Assembly (NCBI RefSeq): GCF_963921235.1
Contig: NC_086097.1
Coordinates: 159,962,001 to 160,026,000 of the forward strand
Direction of reading: 5' to 3'
Source: Mobula hypostoma
Taxonomy: Eukaryota
DNA: 64,000 nucleotides
Shown here: positions 37,025 through 49,743 of the stretch, piece after piece
Position numbering within the stretch: the first letter of the stretch is position 1
Layout of the letters: each line of letters begins with the position of its first letter
Program-made: the position numbers and the translations under genes
The notes under the pieces: model-generated
What the model saw: the letters and a program-made list of their open reading frames with translations, nothing else
The model's database searches: none
What the model was told of the DNA's origin: nothing

Positions 37025-38549
37025 GGAAATTTGGATTGTCTTAGGAAAAGTAAATCAATTAGCTGAACCATGATAAATAGTATAAATTGCAGCAACTCCT
37101 CTGAGTACAAAGTGACATTGATTTATGAATATGAAGATATCCCATTGGCTATTGACATAAACTGAATAGAATAAGAAATTGTTCAATGATATTGCATTTA
37201 TTCTAAACTGCTTTCCTATCAATAGCTTTGGAAAAAAACATGGGTTATTTTGAGTACTCTAGGAAGTTCAATTTATTCTGCATTGAAATTTTTATCTCAT
37301 TTATCCCAGCAAAAAGGATAAGATAAGCAATCAGATCCATCTATTGGAGATGCAAAATGCACTCATTTGAACTAAATGGCAGAATAAAATTAACACTTCT
37401 TCCCGCTTTATATGTCATTCATTGTACTTTTCACTAATTGAGCTTTCATTCAAAAATACTGAAATCTTTTTCTTCTGGAGGTTGGCTTATTGTAATGTAG
37501 CAATTTGACAATGGGTAATTAATTTGAAATTATAGATACTATGTAATGTACTCTTCCAAAGTTACAATCTTCATAAAAACTCTATGTAAAGTGTGCCGAA
37601 TTTTTAACTATGTACTTCCATCAAAAGGATGTGCCTAAAGTGAGGATATTACTATTTGATTCTTGAAAATAATCATTTTATTCTCAATGTCACCATATTG
37701 TTTTAATATGCCAGAGGTGAGGATAAAAGTAAAATGCTGGAAATAGCACTTAGCTATATATTAAAATTTTATGATTAAGCACTGAGGAGTGGTGTATCAG
37801 AAAATAAGGCCATGAGTACAAGGTGCAAATGTAGAAAATGTGGCTATAATTCTCTAGTTCTGTGGAGAGAAAGACATTTCTAGAGAAAAACAGTTGATGT
37901 TGATAACATTTCACTAAAGTTGGAAGTATATAGAGATAAAGCAAGGTTTAGGATGCATGGAAATTGTGAAAAGTGGATAGAGCAAATAGGGAGATGCGTA
38001 AGAGACTGGAAGGTAGCAGAGATTAAACTGCAAATGGAGAAGTAGGAAGTGTTGGGGGAACAGGAGTGTAGAACTGCAGATGTTCAAAGTTCAAAGTTCA
38101 TTTATTATCAAAGTATGTACAGTATTCTTTATACAACCTTGAGATTCATGTCCTTACAGGCAGCCACAAAACGAAGGAACCAAAAATAACCCATTAAAAT
38201 AACAACCATCAATAGGTTCCTGAAAAAGAATGCACAGCCATGAAGCCTGTCACCACTTCACCTAATTCAGGAGATGAGTAAACCTCAAGGAGCAGCAAGC
38301 TGAATACTGGCATGTCCTTTCCCTCCAGCATGACACCCTGACTTTTTCAATCTGGTCCGGCACTTAAATCAGCCAAACCTCAGGTCGTTCCTCGTTCTTG
38401 ACCCAGGCAGTCAATTCGATTCTCTCAATTCACCCTGCACCCAACATTTCCAATTCAGCCTAGCACTTAGATCGGCCAAACCTCGGTCTTCTCTCACTCT
38501 TGGGCCGAACCAGGCCCCACTGCCTCGATTCTGCCTTGTCTGCAAGCTA

Positions 38550-40390
38550 GCAAACTAGCAAACAATATCAAAGTGGATAGAAAAAGCTTTTTCAAGTACG
38601 TAAAAAAACAAAAGAGAGATGAGAGTGGATATAGGACCACTAGAAAATGAGGCCAGAGAAACAATAACAGGGGTCAAGGAGATAGCAGATGAACTAAATG
38701 AGTATTTTGCATCAGTCCTCTGTGGAAGACACTAGCAGTGTAGTAGATGTTGAAAGGTGCAAGGGAAGAGAAGTGAGTGCAGTTACTATTACAAGGGAGA
38801 AGGTGCTCGAAAATCTGAAAAATCTAAGGGTAGATAAGTCACCCAGACCAGATGAATGGCACCCTAGGTTTCTGAATGAGGGAGCGGTAGAGATTGTGAA
38901 GGCATTAGTAATGATATTTCAAAAATCATTGGACTCTAGCATGTGCCAGAGGACTAGAAAATTCTGCTCTTTAGGAAAGGAGGAAAGTGGTAGAAAGGAA
39001 ATTATAGACCATTTAGACCTTGGTGGTTGAGAAGATATTGGAGTCATTTGTTAAGGATGAGATTATGGAGTACTTGGTGACACAGGACAAGATAGGACAA
39101 AGTCAGCATGGTTTCCTTAAGGGAAAACCCTGCCTGACGAACCTATTGGAATACCTTGAGGAGATTACAAGTAGGATAGGTAAAGGGAATGTAGTGGATG
39201 TTGTATATTTGGACTTTCAGAAGGACTTTGACAAGCTGCCACATATGAAGTTGCTTACCAAACTAAGAGCCCATGGTGTTACAGGAAAGTTACTAACATG
39301 GTTAGAGCATTGGCTGATTGGTAGGAGGTAACAAGTGGGAATAAAAAGATCCTTGTCTGGTTGGCTGCCAGTGACTAGTGGTGTTCCGTTGGGGTCATTG
39401 TTGAGACCACTTCTTTTTATGCTGTACATCAAAGATTTAGATGATGGAATAGATGGCTTTGTGGCCAAGTGTGCAGATGATATGAAGATTAGTGGAGGGG
39501 CAGGTAGTGTTGAGGAAACAGGTAGGCTACAGAAAGACTTAAACAGATTAGGAAAATGGTCAAGAGAGTGGCAAGTGAAATACAATGTTGGAAAATGCAT
39601 GATCATGCACTTTGGTAGTAGAAATAAATGTGCAGACTATTTTCTAAATGGGGAGAAATCCAAAAATCTGAGATGCAAAGGGATTTGGGAGTCCATGTAA
39701 AGAACACCCTAAAGGTTAACATGTAGGTAGAGTCAGTGGTGAGGAAGGCAAATGCAATGTTAGCATTCATTTCAAGGGGTCTAGAATACAAGAGCAGGGA
39801 TGTGATGCTGAGACTTTATAAAGCACTGGTGAGGTCTCACCTTGAGTATTGTGAACAGTTTTGGGCTTCTCATCGAAGAGAAGATGTGCTGTCATTGGAG
39901 AAGGTTCAAAGGAGGTTCACAAGGATGATTCCGGGAATGAAAAGTTTATCATACGAGGAACATTCGATAGCTTTGGGTCTGTAATTGCTGGAAATTTGAA
40001 GGATGAGGGGTGGGATCTCATTGAAACCTTTCAAATGTTAAAAGGCCTAGACAGGGAGTTTTCCAAGTTGGGGGCATCAAGGACAAGAGGGAAAAGTCTC
40101 ATGGTAGAGAGGCATCCATCTAAACAGAGATGCGGAGAAATTTCTTTGGCCAGAGGGTGGTAAATTTGTGGAATTTATTATCTCAGGAAGCTGTGGAGGC
40201 TAGGTCGATAGTTGTATTTAAGGCAGAGCTTGATAGGTTTTTGATTGGACACAGCATCAAAGGTACAGGGAGAAGGCCGTGGAGTGGGGCTGAGGTAGGA
40301 AGGAAAGGATCAGCCAGGATTGAATGGTGGAACAGATTTGATAGGCCAAATGGCCTAATTATGCTTCTATTTATTATGGTCTTATGGTCT
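38550..40390 (+). mobile_element. CR1 ORF2 RT region plus 3' UTR
   Basis: DKSPRPD, QHGFLKGKPCLTNLL, DVVYLDFQK, ADDMK, LEYCEQFW; tcttatgg tail. Confidence 0.93.
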
Positions 40391-41204
40391 CATTTATGCT
40401 GCATCAAGTCACCTCCACAATGGTTTGGCTCCAGTAATGGCCAAACATTGGTTTTTCCCCACTTTCGGTGCCAGGCCCCACTGCATCAATTCAGCCTGTA
40501 CGTGACACACTACAACTGTCCTGCACCTTTGAGACTTCAGTTCACACTGCAAAAGTACAAGGTTGTACAGGCAATTCAAACGATCAACCTCAAAAGTGAA
40601 GTTAAAGGCTACTGATTACAATGATCATATTCAAGAAAGTGTGATTAATTCAGTAATTTATTGTTTTATAGATGTAAAGTTACAAAACAAGAGACAAGGG
40701 TCAGACTAGAGGAGACCAGAAGTACAGTGCATTAGGTAATGCATCCAACAATTAGGTATTCAGGGAGTTTAAGAGAAGGAATAAGGTGAAAAATGTTAGC
40801 AATTTCAGAAGAGGCATTTGCTATTCTGGGGAACAGGTATGTAGCATACCTTGGCACTAGATCAAAGAAGAGTAAAGAACCTACACTTGCAGGTCTAGGC
40901 CGATATTTATCCCATAACCAACAGCTGAAAATCTAAGATCCTGTTTGAGGGATCTTATGTACACAAACCATCTGCTGCTGTTACTGTATTACAACAATGA
41001 TAAACTCAAAATTATTTCCTTGGTATGGGATATCCTGGAAGAGAAGAATTTGAAAAATGCTTTATAAATACAAGTCTTTATTGTATGGCAAATTGAAGAT
41101 GGTATCCTCTCCAGGAATAAGGAAAGGGTGTCTGAAATGATAAAAAATATATAGTTCTCCAGATTCTTTTGTTATTGTATAAGAATATTCAGGTGATCCA
41201 CATA

Positions 41205-41724
41205 CCTGGGTTCCTTAAAGTTTGTCATAGCCAGGGAAACTAGTGGGGATAAGCTCCCACTTTCTATTAACCAACTCCAGTTCCTGGCCTTCATGTGTGG
41301 CTTAGCTACTAAGCCCAGCAGAACCGTTTTCTACTGACAAAGGTGGGTCATTGCTCCTTAAAACCAGTCTCTTCAGGCAAATGGGCTCATCATCCATGGT
41401 TGGCAGCTGATCTAGGAGAAGGAAAACTGATCTCAAACCTTCCCTGCCATTCATGGGGGAAGTCTTTGGGAGTAAAACTCGAGGAAAAATCCAGAATTGC
41501 AGTCCTTTGTTGAGGTCACTGCTAACAGGCAACTCCTGTGACACCGCTGGTACCAAACTGTAGCGGTCTCTATCGTTCTGTTGGATTCATCAGCTGCAAG
41601 GAGAGCAGGAGACCGTTGCACGAGTAGAAGCTTCCTCTCCATATCGTACTGCCCTGGCTTGTGTATCATGTAGACAGATAGGAAGCAATATCCATGGTCA
41701 ACTCTGATCAATAGAGGGCCTCAT
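41205..41724 (+). mobile_element. Non-autonomous RTE-related (5' UTR + 3' end) element
   Basis: ggagaaggaaaactgatctcaaacc and gggagtaaa motifs; 3' domain shared with 7865-7995 and 12510-12640. Confidence 0.65.
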
Positions 41725-42207
41725 AAACGTACACTTGTCTCAAAATGGGTACTCAACAGCGTTCACAATACCCTGACACATGCTACTTCAGCACTCTCAA
41801 TAGATCAGAAGGAGTGTACCAACAATGCCAGGAGATCATCTAAAATGTGTTCATCTTGCATTTTCTGGTGAGCTTAGCTCATTTGTGAACAGATAATACT
41901 GATATTGCCAACATTACTATTATTATTTGAGCTGGAGTCGTGTGCTGTAGGGTTAACATGTCAGCATTGTTAAATGAGAGCCGACACAGTGGATTTCTAG
42001 ATTTAACACTAATATCAAAGCGGTGAAAGTTTAGTTTTTCTGGAAATCACAGGAGATTACAATATATAAGACTAAATATAAGTGGTTATATAACTAAATA
42101 TAAGTGGTTTGACTTTCAAATGGTTATGCTGTGTCAAACTTGCTGCTGTTTTCTACTCTTTACCCTTTACAGTTTGTCTGTAGGACATTGTCTGTGTGAA
42201 ATCATAT

Positions 42208-42747
42208 CTGCTCACTGGTCACTTTATTAGTTGCCATTGTGTGTAACTTCACCTGCAGTAGCTCTTTCATTTCAAGGTTCGATATGTTGTGCATTCAGAG
42301 ATGTTCTTCTGTACACCAATGTTATAATGCATGGCTATTTGAGTTGTGTCTTCCTATCAGCTTGAACCAGTCCAGTCATTCTCCTCTCACCTCTCTCAAT
42401 AACAAGGTGTTTTTGTCCACAGAACTGCTGCTCAATGGATGGATTTTGTTTTAAGCACCATTCTTTGTAAAGTCTAGAGACCTTTTTTGTGTGCATATCT
42501 GAGGATTTCAGCAGTTTCTAAGATACCCTTAACCACCTCATTTGGCACCAACAATCATTCCACACTAAAGTCACTTAGATCAAATTTCTTTCCCATTCTG
42601 ATTTTTGACCTAAACAACAACAACTGAATATTTTGACCATGTTAGCATGCCTTTATGCACTGAGTTGCTGCCACGTGATTGGCTGATTAGATACTTGTAT
42701 TAATATGCAGGTGTACAAGCGTACCTAATAAAGTGGCCACTGACTGC
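42208..42747. mobile_element. Tc1/mariner-derived non-autonomous element
   Basis: Imperfect TIRs ctcactggtcactttattag / ctaataaagtggccactgac. Confidence 0.75.
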
Positions 42748-43670
42748 AATTGTGCATTTGACAATAAGCTCAAATTTGACTTTTGACTGTCTATTTGATC
42801 CTTGGAGATTAACTTCACATTGGCTCATTACTGGTGCTTAGTTAGAAAAAAACACCCCCTACCTAGCTGAATGCAAGTATTTGACCAAGACTGCTTTGAT
42901 AGCCCAGGTCTGTTCTCCCGTATTTGTTGCAAAAAAAAGGATTAATTCAACTAAACAAGCGTTTCCCCCTTCACTTCCTCAATATTGAACTAATACATTT
43001 CATCTTATGCAAAGAGCCTGCTTTCTTTCATGCATCCCAATTGCTTTGTACAAACAGGAGTTTCATTAGAAGGAATTCCCTTTGTCGGATTCCATTAAAT
43101 TTATTGGGGAAATGCAGCAAAACAGACTGAAAATAAAGAATTAATATTCTTTGAACTGATGCTCAACAATAAACATTGACTCTAAACTGACAAAATTGAT
43201 GATTGACAACTATTGACAATAAACATTTTAAATTAAATTTTGAGGTAAGGTATATTTCATTAAGAATTAGACACAGATGAGTAGCGAAAAAGCAGAGAAG
43301 CAGAGTACAAAAGAAGAAGTTTTCCTATATGGGCCCTTCCACGCAATGTCATACACTTTCCTATTTCATAGTGTTAATTTGAGAGAGTTGGTTCTTGTAA
43401 ACCAAGGATTCTCTTTCAATTTTCTGTAAATTACAAGTTAAAATATTCTAACAGGTTGTCACTGTCCTGGAGCACAGGAATAGTAAAAGTCACACACAGC
43501 TCTAAACTGTCTTTTACTAAGGTTATTGAAAAGAAAATTAACCATTTTTTATTTTACTTACAGACTTTCAAGTCAATTCAATGATGTTTTTTGACCTATG
43601 CAACTCTGCTGTTTATATTACAGCTATAAGTCAGATTAATTTTTTCATAATTTAATGTAGAAAATTGAAT

Positions 43671-44303
43671 GGGAGGAGAAGATGGCGGTGTGACGCAGCG
43701 CGCGCAGCTCTCCGGTGAAATGATATCGTATTTGTAAGTAGGATGCCGTACACAATTCTGATTTGATGGAGACAGATGTGAGAAGTACAGAGGAACATCT
43801 GGAGAAATTTCTGAAATGCCCGGTTCGCTGCCACTGTTACTGTGCGATCAAGAATCTCTGGAGGGAAGGCCCCAAAATCCCCGGCTCTGCCTGCTGCTGG
43901 TGACCGGGGCTGAAGTCGAAGCGTTCGGCAGAGATGGTACTCGGTACTTGGTGTCGGAGGGCTGGTCGGGGGCTCAGAGTTTTCGGACGACTCAGAGTGG
44001 GACTGTGGTCGGACATGGCAGGGAGAGTTTTCTTCCTTCTCCCGTTTGAGTGAGATGTGGGACTTTCGAGAGACTTTGAAATTTTTTTACTGTGCCCATG
44101 ACCTGTTCTTCATCAAGGTCTGGTATTGTTTGCACTGTTGTAACTATATGTTATAATTATGTGGTTTTTGTTAGTTTTTCAATCTTGGTCTGTCCTGTGT
44201 TTCTGTGATATCACACCAGAGGAATATTGTATCATTTCTTAATGCACGCATTAGTAAATGACAATAAATCGAACTGCGTGTCCTCATAATCTAATCTAAA
44301 AAA
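43671..44303 (+). mobile_element. CpG-rich non-autonomous retroelement with Rex-like 3' end
   Basis: Starts gggaggagAAGATGGCGG; 3' end gaggaatattgt...atgacAATAAAtcgaac resembles 13625-13690; (ATCTA)n/A tail. Confidence 0.65.
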
Positions 44304-44789
44304 AATCCTTAAGTTTAACATTCAATCCAATGATGGATGTTCAAAGCAGTTTGACTAACAGTATGCTTAATGTACACTTTGCTATGTATTTTTCATCAAT
44401 AAGCTGCCACAATGTGATCTACAAAGTGGAACAAATGTGCAGCTTTTGGAATTAGCTAAAAAGCTTGTTTATCTTGTCATTACCTTTGGGGTGCATAATT
44501 ATGATTAAATGAAACATGAAGAAACAACTTGATGAGCTCTTTAGGGAACAGATCTGTGCAAGTGAGATCTTTCCATATATAACAGGCAGTTTGTATTGCG
44601 AAGTTGTCCATTCCTCCTTGAGGTTCTTGGCTATTCAATAACATCATTCAGTCTTATCCAGTAATAGCACAGAAACCACTTTCATGCACTGTCCTGGTTT
44701 TTTTTTTTGACTCCCTTGCAATTTATCTGTTAAGCTCTGCCTGAGTATTACCAATGATTCTGTTTCAATAGCTCCCTAAGGCAGGGAAA

Positions 44790-45122
44790 TCCAAAGACTG
44801 ACCTGAGGAAGGGGCTCGGTGCACATGCTCCTGCTGCTTCAGGTTCCTCGGAGTGAAGATCAGCAATAGCCAGTCCTGGTCCAACCACCTTGATGCCATG
44901 GCCAAGGAGGCTGAAGAAAGTTGCACGTCCCTGTTGGCTTTTACCAATTTTTATCAATGCAACATAGAAAGCTTTCCGTCTGGATGCATAAAGACTTGGT
45001 ATGGCAACTGCTCTGCATATGACTGCAATAAACTGCACAGAGATGTGGACACAGCTCAATACATCATAGGAACCAGCATCACCTCTATGGACTCAGTCTA
45101 TACCTCTCACTGTCTCAGCAAA
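44790..45122 (+). mobile_element. Rex1/Babar fragment cut off by the Gypsy element
   Basis: TNFYQCNIESFPSGCIKTWYGNCS...AQYIIGTS; a Rex-like 3' end follows the Gypsy at ~48940-49000. Confidence 0.75.
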
Positions 45123-45279
45123 GCCTTGTTGTCTGTTGTGTTTAGTTTCTATTCTGTCTTGATTTGTGGCCCCTCATGGCTTGTTACTTTGTGCTCTATT
45201 ATTAAAGTTGTCTTTAACCACTGAATTGTCTGTGCTACTCTGTTTTTGGGGTCAAACCTCCTCTATATTTCCTGACAGG

Positions 45280-46140
45280 ATGAGTGAACCAAAGATTGAA
45301 CCAGCAGAGTATGCTCACCTCAAGGAAGTCGTCCACCAACACGAAGAGACGATTCAGAAGCAGCAGGAAACCATTGATCATCTGGCCGCCACTTTCATCC
45401 ATCTCTCTGCCTCGATGCAGCAATTCCGTGCTAGTCAACCTCCTCCCTCTGAGCCCCAGATTCCTGTGCCCAAATGCTTCAACAGATTGCCATCCTGATG
45501 CTACAACTTCACCCCTCAGTGCATGTTCCACTTCGAGCTCGAGCCATCCCTGTATTCTATGGACTGGGCCAAGGTCTCCTTGCTCATCTCTCTCTTGACT
45601 GAGCAAACTCTGACCTGGGCCACTGCTAACTGGGACAATAAAACCACCATCACTATTTGCAACAAATACGGGTATTTCACCGCTGAGATGTGCCGGATTT
45701 TCGACCATCCAGGAAGTGGAAGGATGGTAGCAGATCTGATACTTGACCTGCACCAAGGCTCATGCTCTGTGCTGGATTGCACCATGGAATTCTGGACCCT
45801 CGTGGTGGAGTGCAGCTGGAATGTGAAAACACTGCTGTCCCATTACCATCACAGCCTCAGGAGGTGCTAAAAAGATAAGCTGTCTACCCGAGAGATGCCC
45901 ACTGACCTCAAAAGCCTCATTAACATGGCTCTTTGTATTGGCAAGTGTCTTATGGAATGAATCTGCAGATCACCAGTGCCTCCAAAGCCCAGACAGTTAG
46001 AGAGAGCTTTCTTAATGCCCCCTCCACCCTACCAAGAGCTTGAGCATCAGTGGAGAAATAACTTATGCACTTACTGTGGAGCAGTTAAGCACCAATGCAT
46101 CAAATGCCCATTGTGCTCGGGAAAATGGCACTCCAGGTAG
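45280..46140 (+). pseudogene. gag: Sushi-like gag with CCHC knuckle (frameshifted)
   Basis: AKVSLLISLLTEQTLTWATA, LHQGSCSVLDCTMEF, CTYCGAVKHQCIKC. Confidence 0.85.
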
Positions 46141-46344
46141 AAACTAGGGTTTCCTATCTGGAAAGTTCTCCCTGGCCCCTCATTCCAGCACTATAGCCCA
46201 TCTCATCCTTTCTGTCCTCCTCCACTATCCATTGGCTCTACATGAACAGGAGGCTCTGGGCTCTGGTGCATCGGATAACTTTCTGGATCGGAGCTTGGAT
46301 TCCTCACTTAACCTATTTCTCACTCCTTCAACATCATGGCCATT

Positions 46345-46640
46345 GTCGGTAGGATAGAGATTAGCACAACGCTATTTCATCTTGGGGCTTTGGATTCCAG
46401 AGTTGAATGCTGCCATCCCCTGCAAGAAATCTTTGTACATCACCCCCGTGGAATGCTTGGGTTTTCTCAGGGATCTCCAGTTTCCTCCCACAGTCCAAAA
46501 ATGTTCCTGGTAATTTAATTGGTCATTGTAAATTGGGTCATGATTAGATTAGGGTTAATTGGGGTTGCTGAGGTTTGCTGTGTGGGGTGGCTCAAAGGGC
46601 TGGAAAGGCCTATTCTGCGCTGTATCTCTAAATAAAAAGA
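46345..46640 (+). mobile_element. V-SINE inserted in Gypsy pol
   Basis: gggttttctcagggatctccagtttcctcccacagtccaaaa; ends ctgtatctctaaataaa. Confidence 0.8.
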
Positions 46641-48329
46641 TGAAATAAAGTTCAAACTGTTGTTGAATGACCCTGACTGCACAACCTCAATCAGCTGCAG
46701 TGCTTCCTGTGTTTCTTCAACTTATAACACCATTCCATCAGAAACTACAGTCAAATCATCACTCCTCTTACCTACCTCATCGATAACCTGGCTGGCTGTC
46801 ACGGACTATGCTTCTGAGAGCTCAAGAGACACTTCACCACCAGTCCCATTCTGTGCCATCTGAACCCCTCAGGTCTTTTGTGAAGAAGTGGACACACCTG
46901 ATATGGGCACTAGGAACATCTTCTCTCAGCAAGGAGCCGACAGGAAGGCATGTCCTTGTGCCTTTTTCTCATGCAAGTTCAATTCTACACAACGCCCCTC
47001 TGGAGTGTGAGACAGGGAGCTCCTTGGAGGAATGGAGACATTGGCTGATGGGAAACACTGAGCCCTTCCTGATCTGGACTGACCACCAGACCTCATATCC
47101 ATACAGCAGACCTCCCACCTCAACCCACGCTGGGATCTCCTCTTCGATCAATTCAACTTCACCATCTGCTTCTGACCCAGTTCCCAGAACACAAAGATGA
47201 ACACCCTGTCACAGCAGTTCAAACTAGCTGAGATGGAGATTAGCCCTCAGTCCATCAGTTCAGATCTTCGCCCCGATTATCTGGGACCTTGAGAACCAGA
47301 TCTGGCAGGCCCTGCAGCACCAGCCTGCTCCAGCTGACACACCTGACAACCACATATACATGTTGGTGGCTGTGTCCTCTGATACATTCCAGTGGACCCA
47401 CTCCTCACCCTTTCCCCCCATCGAGGTGCACAACATGCTCTGGGTTTTCTGCAATGCCTGTTCTGGTGGCGCACCATGATCACAGATATACAACAGTTAG
47501 TTGCTGCCTGCCCTCAGTGTGCCCGGCACCATTCCTCCGACCATCAGCCCTCTGGGCTCCAACTAAAGGGCCCTCGACACTCATTCATTACCCTCCCCAA
47601 ACGTCCATCAGCCACTGAGACAGCAGACCTGGTTCTCCAACATGTAGTTCAACTCCACAGTTTCCCTCAGGACATTGTCGTGGACCAGGCACCACAATTT
47701 GCCTCCCGCTTCTGGTGAGACTGCTGCTCCCTCCTTTGCACCACGATGGGCTATCATCCGTAGACCAATGGTCAGTCAGAAAGAGCCAATCAGCAAATGG
47801 AGAAGCTTTTGTGATGCCTGTAACCTTTCCACATGGAAGAATTATCTGCTCTGTGCCAGTCTGTCCCACAACCTACACACTTCCTCTGCCATGGGTCTGT
47901 CACCTTTGAAGTACATCATGCCTCCCAGCCCCCTTTGTTCCCTGTAGAGGAGTCCACGGTGGAGGTCCTGTTTGTGAGGGCACTGGTTCACCACTGCTGG
48001 AATGCTTGGAGGAAGGCATGGGAGGGCCATCCCTGCTGTTAGCCATGTAATCTGCCACCAGACCAACCACTGTCGGCACCCAGCCAGACGACTCTGACCT
48101 GGGGAATGTCTAGCTGACCACCTGAGATTTGCCACTCTGTACAGACCCCTGCAAGCTCTTGTCCGAGTTCATTGCTTCCTTCAAGCTCACCCATCGCATC
48201 AATCCAGTCACTTACTATCTCCAAATGGCGAAGTTCCTCAGGATCACACCTATCTTCTATGTATCCTGTCTGAAGCTCATTGCCTGTGCACCACTTCACC
48301 CACCCGAGCCTGCATCTCTGTAACTCAGG

Positions 48330-48520
48330 ATGGTGGAAGGTGGTCTAGTGTACATGATTTGCCAGTTGATGGATTCACGTCACCATGGGCGGCGTGTGCA
48401 GTACCTTGTTGACTGGGCAGGGTCAAGCCCAAAGGAGAGATCTTGGATGCCGTCCAATTACATCTTGAATCCATCACTCATCGGTGAGCTCCAGCTGATC
48501 CATCCGAATAACCTGGGCTA
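48330..48520 (+). pseudogene. Integrase C-terminal chromodomain
   Basis: YMICQLMDSRHHGRRVQYLVDWAGSSPKERSWMP...ILNPSLI. Confidence 0.88.
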
Positions 48521-49659
48521 TCAGGGGCCCTCCGAGGGGGTGTGGGGGTAGGTGGAGGTCCTGTTGAACCTGCTCCTGCAGCTGCCTCCCAGCTTGCACA
48601 TGCAGGCAATTCCCATTCTCCTGCAGTCAAGTGGCGCTCATTCCAGACTCATCACCTGAATCCCATTTCACCCCAGTTCACACCTAGAGACCTTGTTCAC
48701 TCATCAAATCAGCCAGCCTCAACCAATTGCTCCTAGCTTTCTCTCTTCTTGCTTAAAGTTTATCTTGCTGCCTATTGTGTTTAGTTTCTCTTCCTTCTTG
48801 TTTTGTGGTCTCTTGTGGCTTGTTATTTCATGATCCACTATTAAAGTTACCATTCACCGCAGAATCATCTCCACTGCTCTGCTAGTCCCAACCTTTTTTG
48901 GAGCTAGTCCGTCAAGCCTCCTCTACATTTCCTGACATAAAGAGTCTGCAAGACAAGTGTTTTACTGTATCTTAGTACGCATGACAATTTAAGCTAATGA
49001 CAATACGAAAGATTCATGACCTCCTGAGATTAGAAATTCCCCCCCATCCCTGTCTCAGATTGTCAACCCTTCATTCTGAAACTATGCCCCTTAGATCTGG
49101 ATTTCCTCACAAGGAAGAAAGATCTACTTGCATCCACCCTGCAAACCCACTCAGTGACTCTATGTTACAAGATCATTCCAAAGTAATCGTGAATGAGTAT
49201 AGTCCTAATCTACTCAACCCTTTTCATTCTCAACTATTTTGTTCCAGAAATCAGCCTTGTGAACCTTCAATGCTGCACTTCCAGTGCAGACATACCCTTC
49301 CTTAAAAATGAAGATGAAACTTGACCGTACAATCCAGGCCCAGACTCACCAGCACTCTACAAAGCTTCATTACTTCACCACAAGCTAAATTATTGATTGC
49401 TTGCTCTACCTGCATGCTGACGTTTCACTCAGTTAAGGTAAATGCACATGATCTTTCTCTTAGGGTTGAGAATCAAGAGCTACAGGTCACAGGTTTAAGA
49501 TGAGAGAGTAAAGAATCAGCAGGAACTTGAGGGGAGTCATTTTTTTACTCAAGGGTAGCACATATGGGGGATGAGTTGTCAGAAGGAGTAGCTGAGGCAG
49601 ATAAAATAACAACATTTAAAAGACAGTTGAATAGGTACATGGATTACAAAGGTTTTGAA

Positions 49660-49743
49660 TAGGGGTTCCCGACCTAGCGTCCACAGACCCCTTGCTTACT
49701 GGTATTAGTCCTTGGAATTAAAAAAAAAGGTTGGGAATGCCTT
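49660..49743. mobile_element. Tiny hAT (Charlie-like) MITE inside a CR1 3' end
   Basis: TIRs aggggttcccgacct / aggttgggaatgcct; 8-bp TSD gttttgaa / gtttagaa. Confidence 0.75.

Larger units (their letters stand above)
45125..48937 (+). mobile_element. Tf1/sushi-type chromovirus (Ty3/Gypsy), decayed; partial 5' LTR 45125-45277, 3' LTR 48562-48937
   Basis: Both LTRs end cctgaca; gag, protease (ALGSGASDNFLD), RNase H (LEEWRHWL..IWTDH), integrase (FWW..M..DI...VAACPQC, PQDIVVDQAPQFASRFW), chromodomain; G-rich PPT before 48562. Confidence 0.92.

Noticed and set aside
48520..48560. G-quadruplex-like regulatory tract
   Set aside because: Explained as the Gypsy polypurine tract next to the 3' LTR
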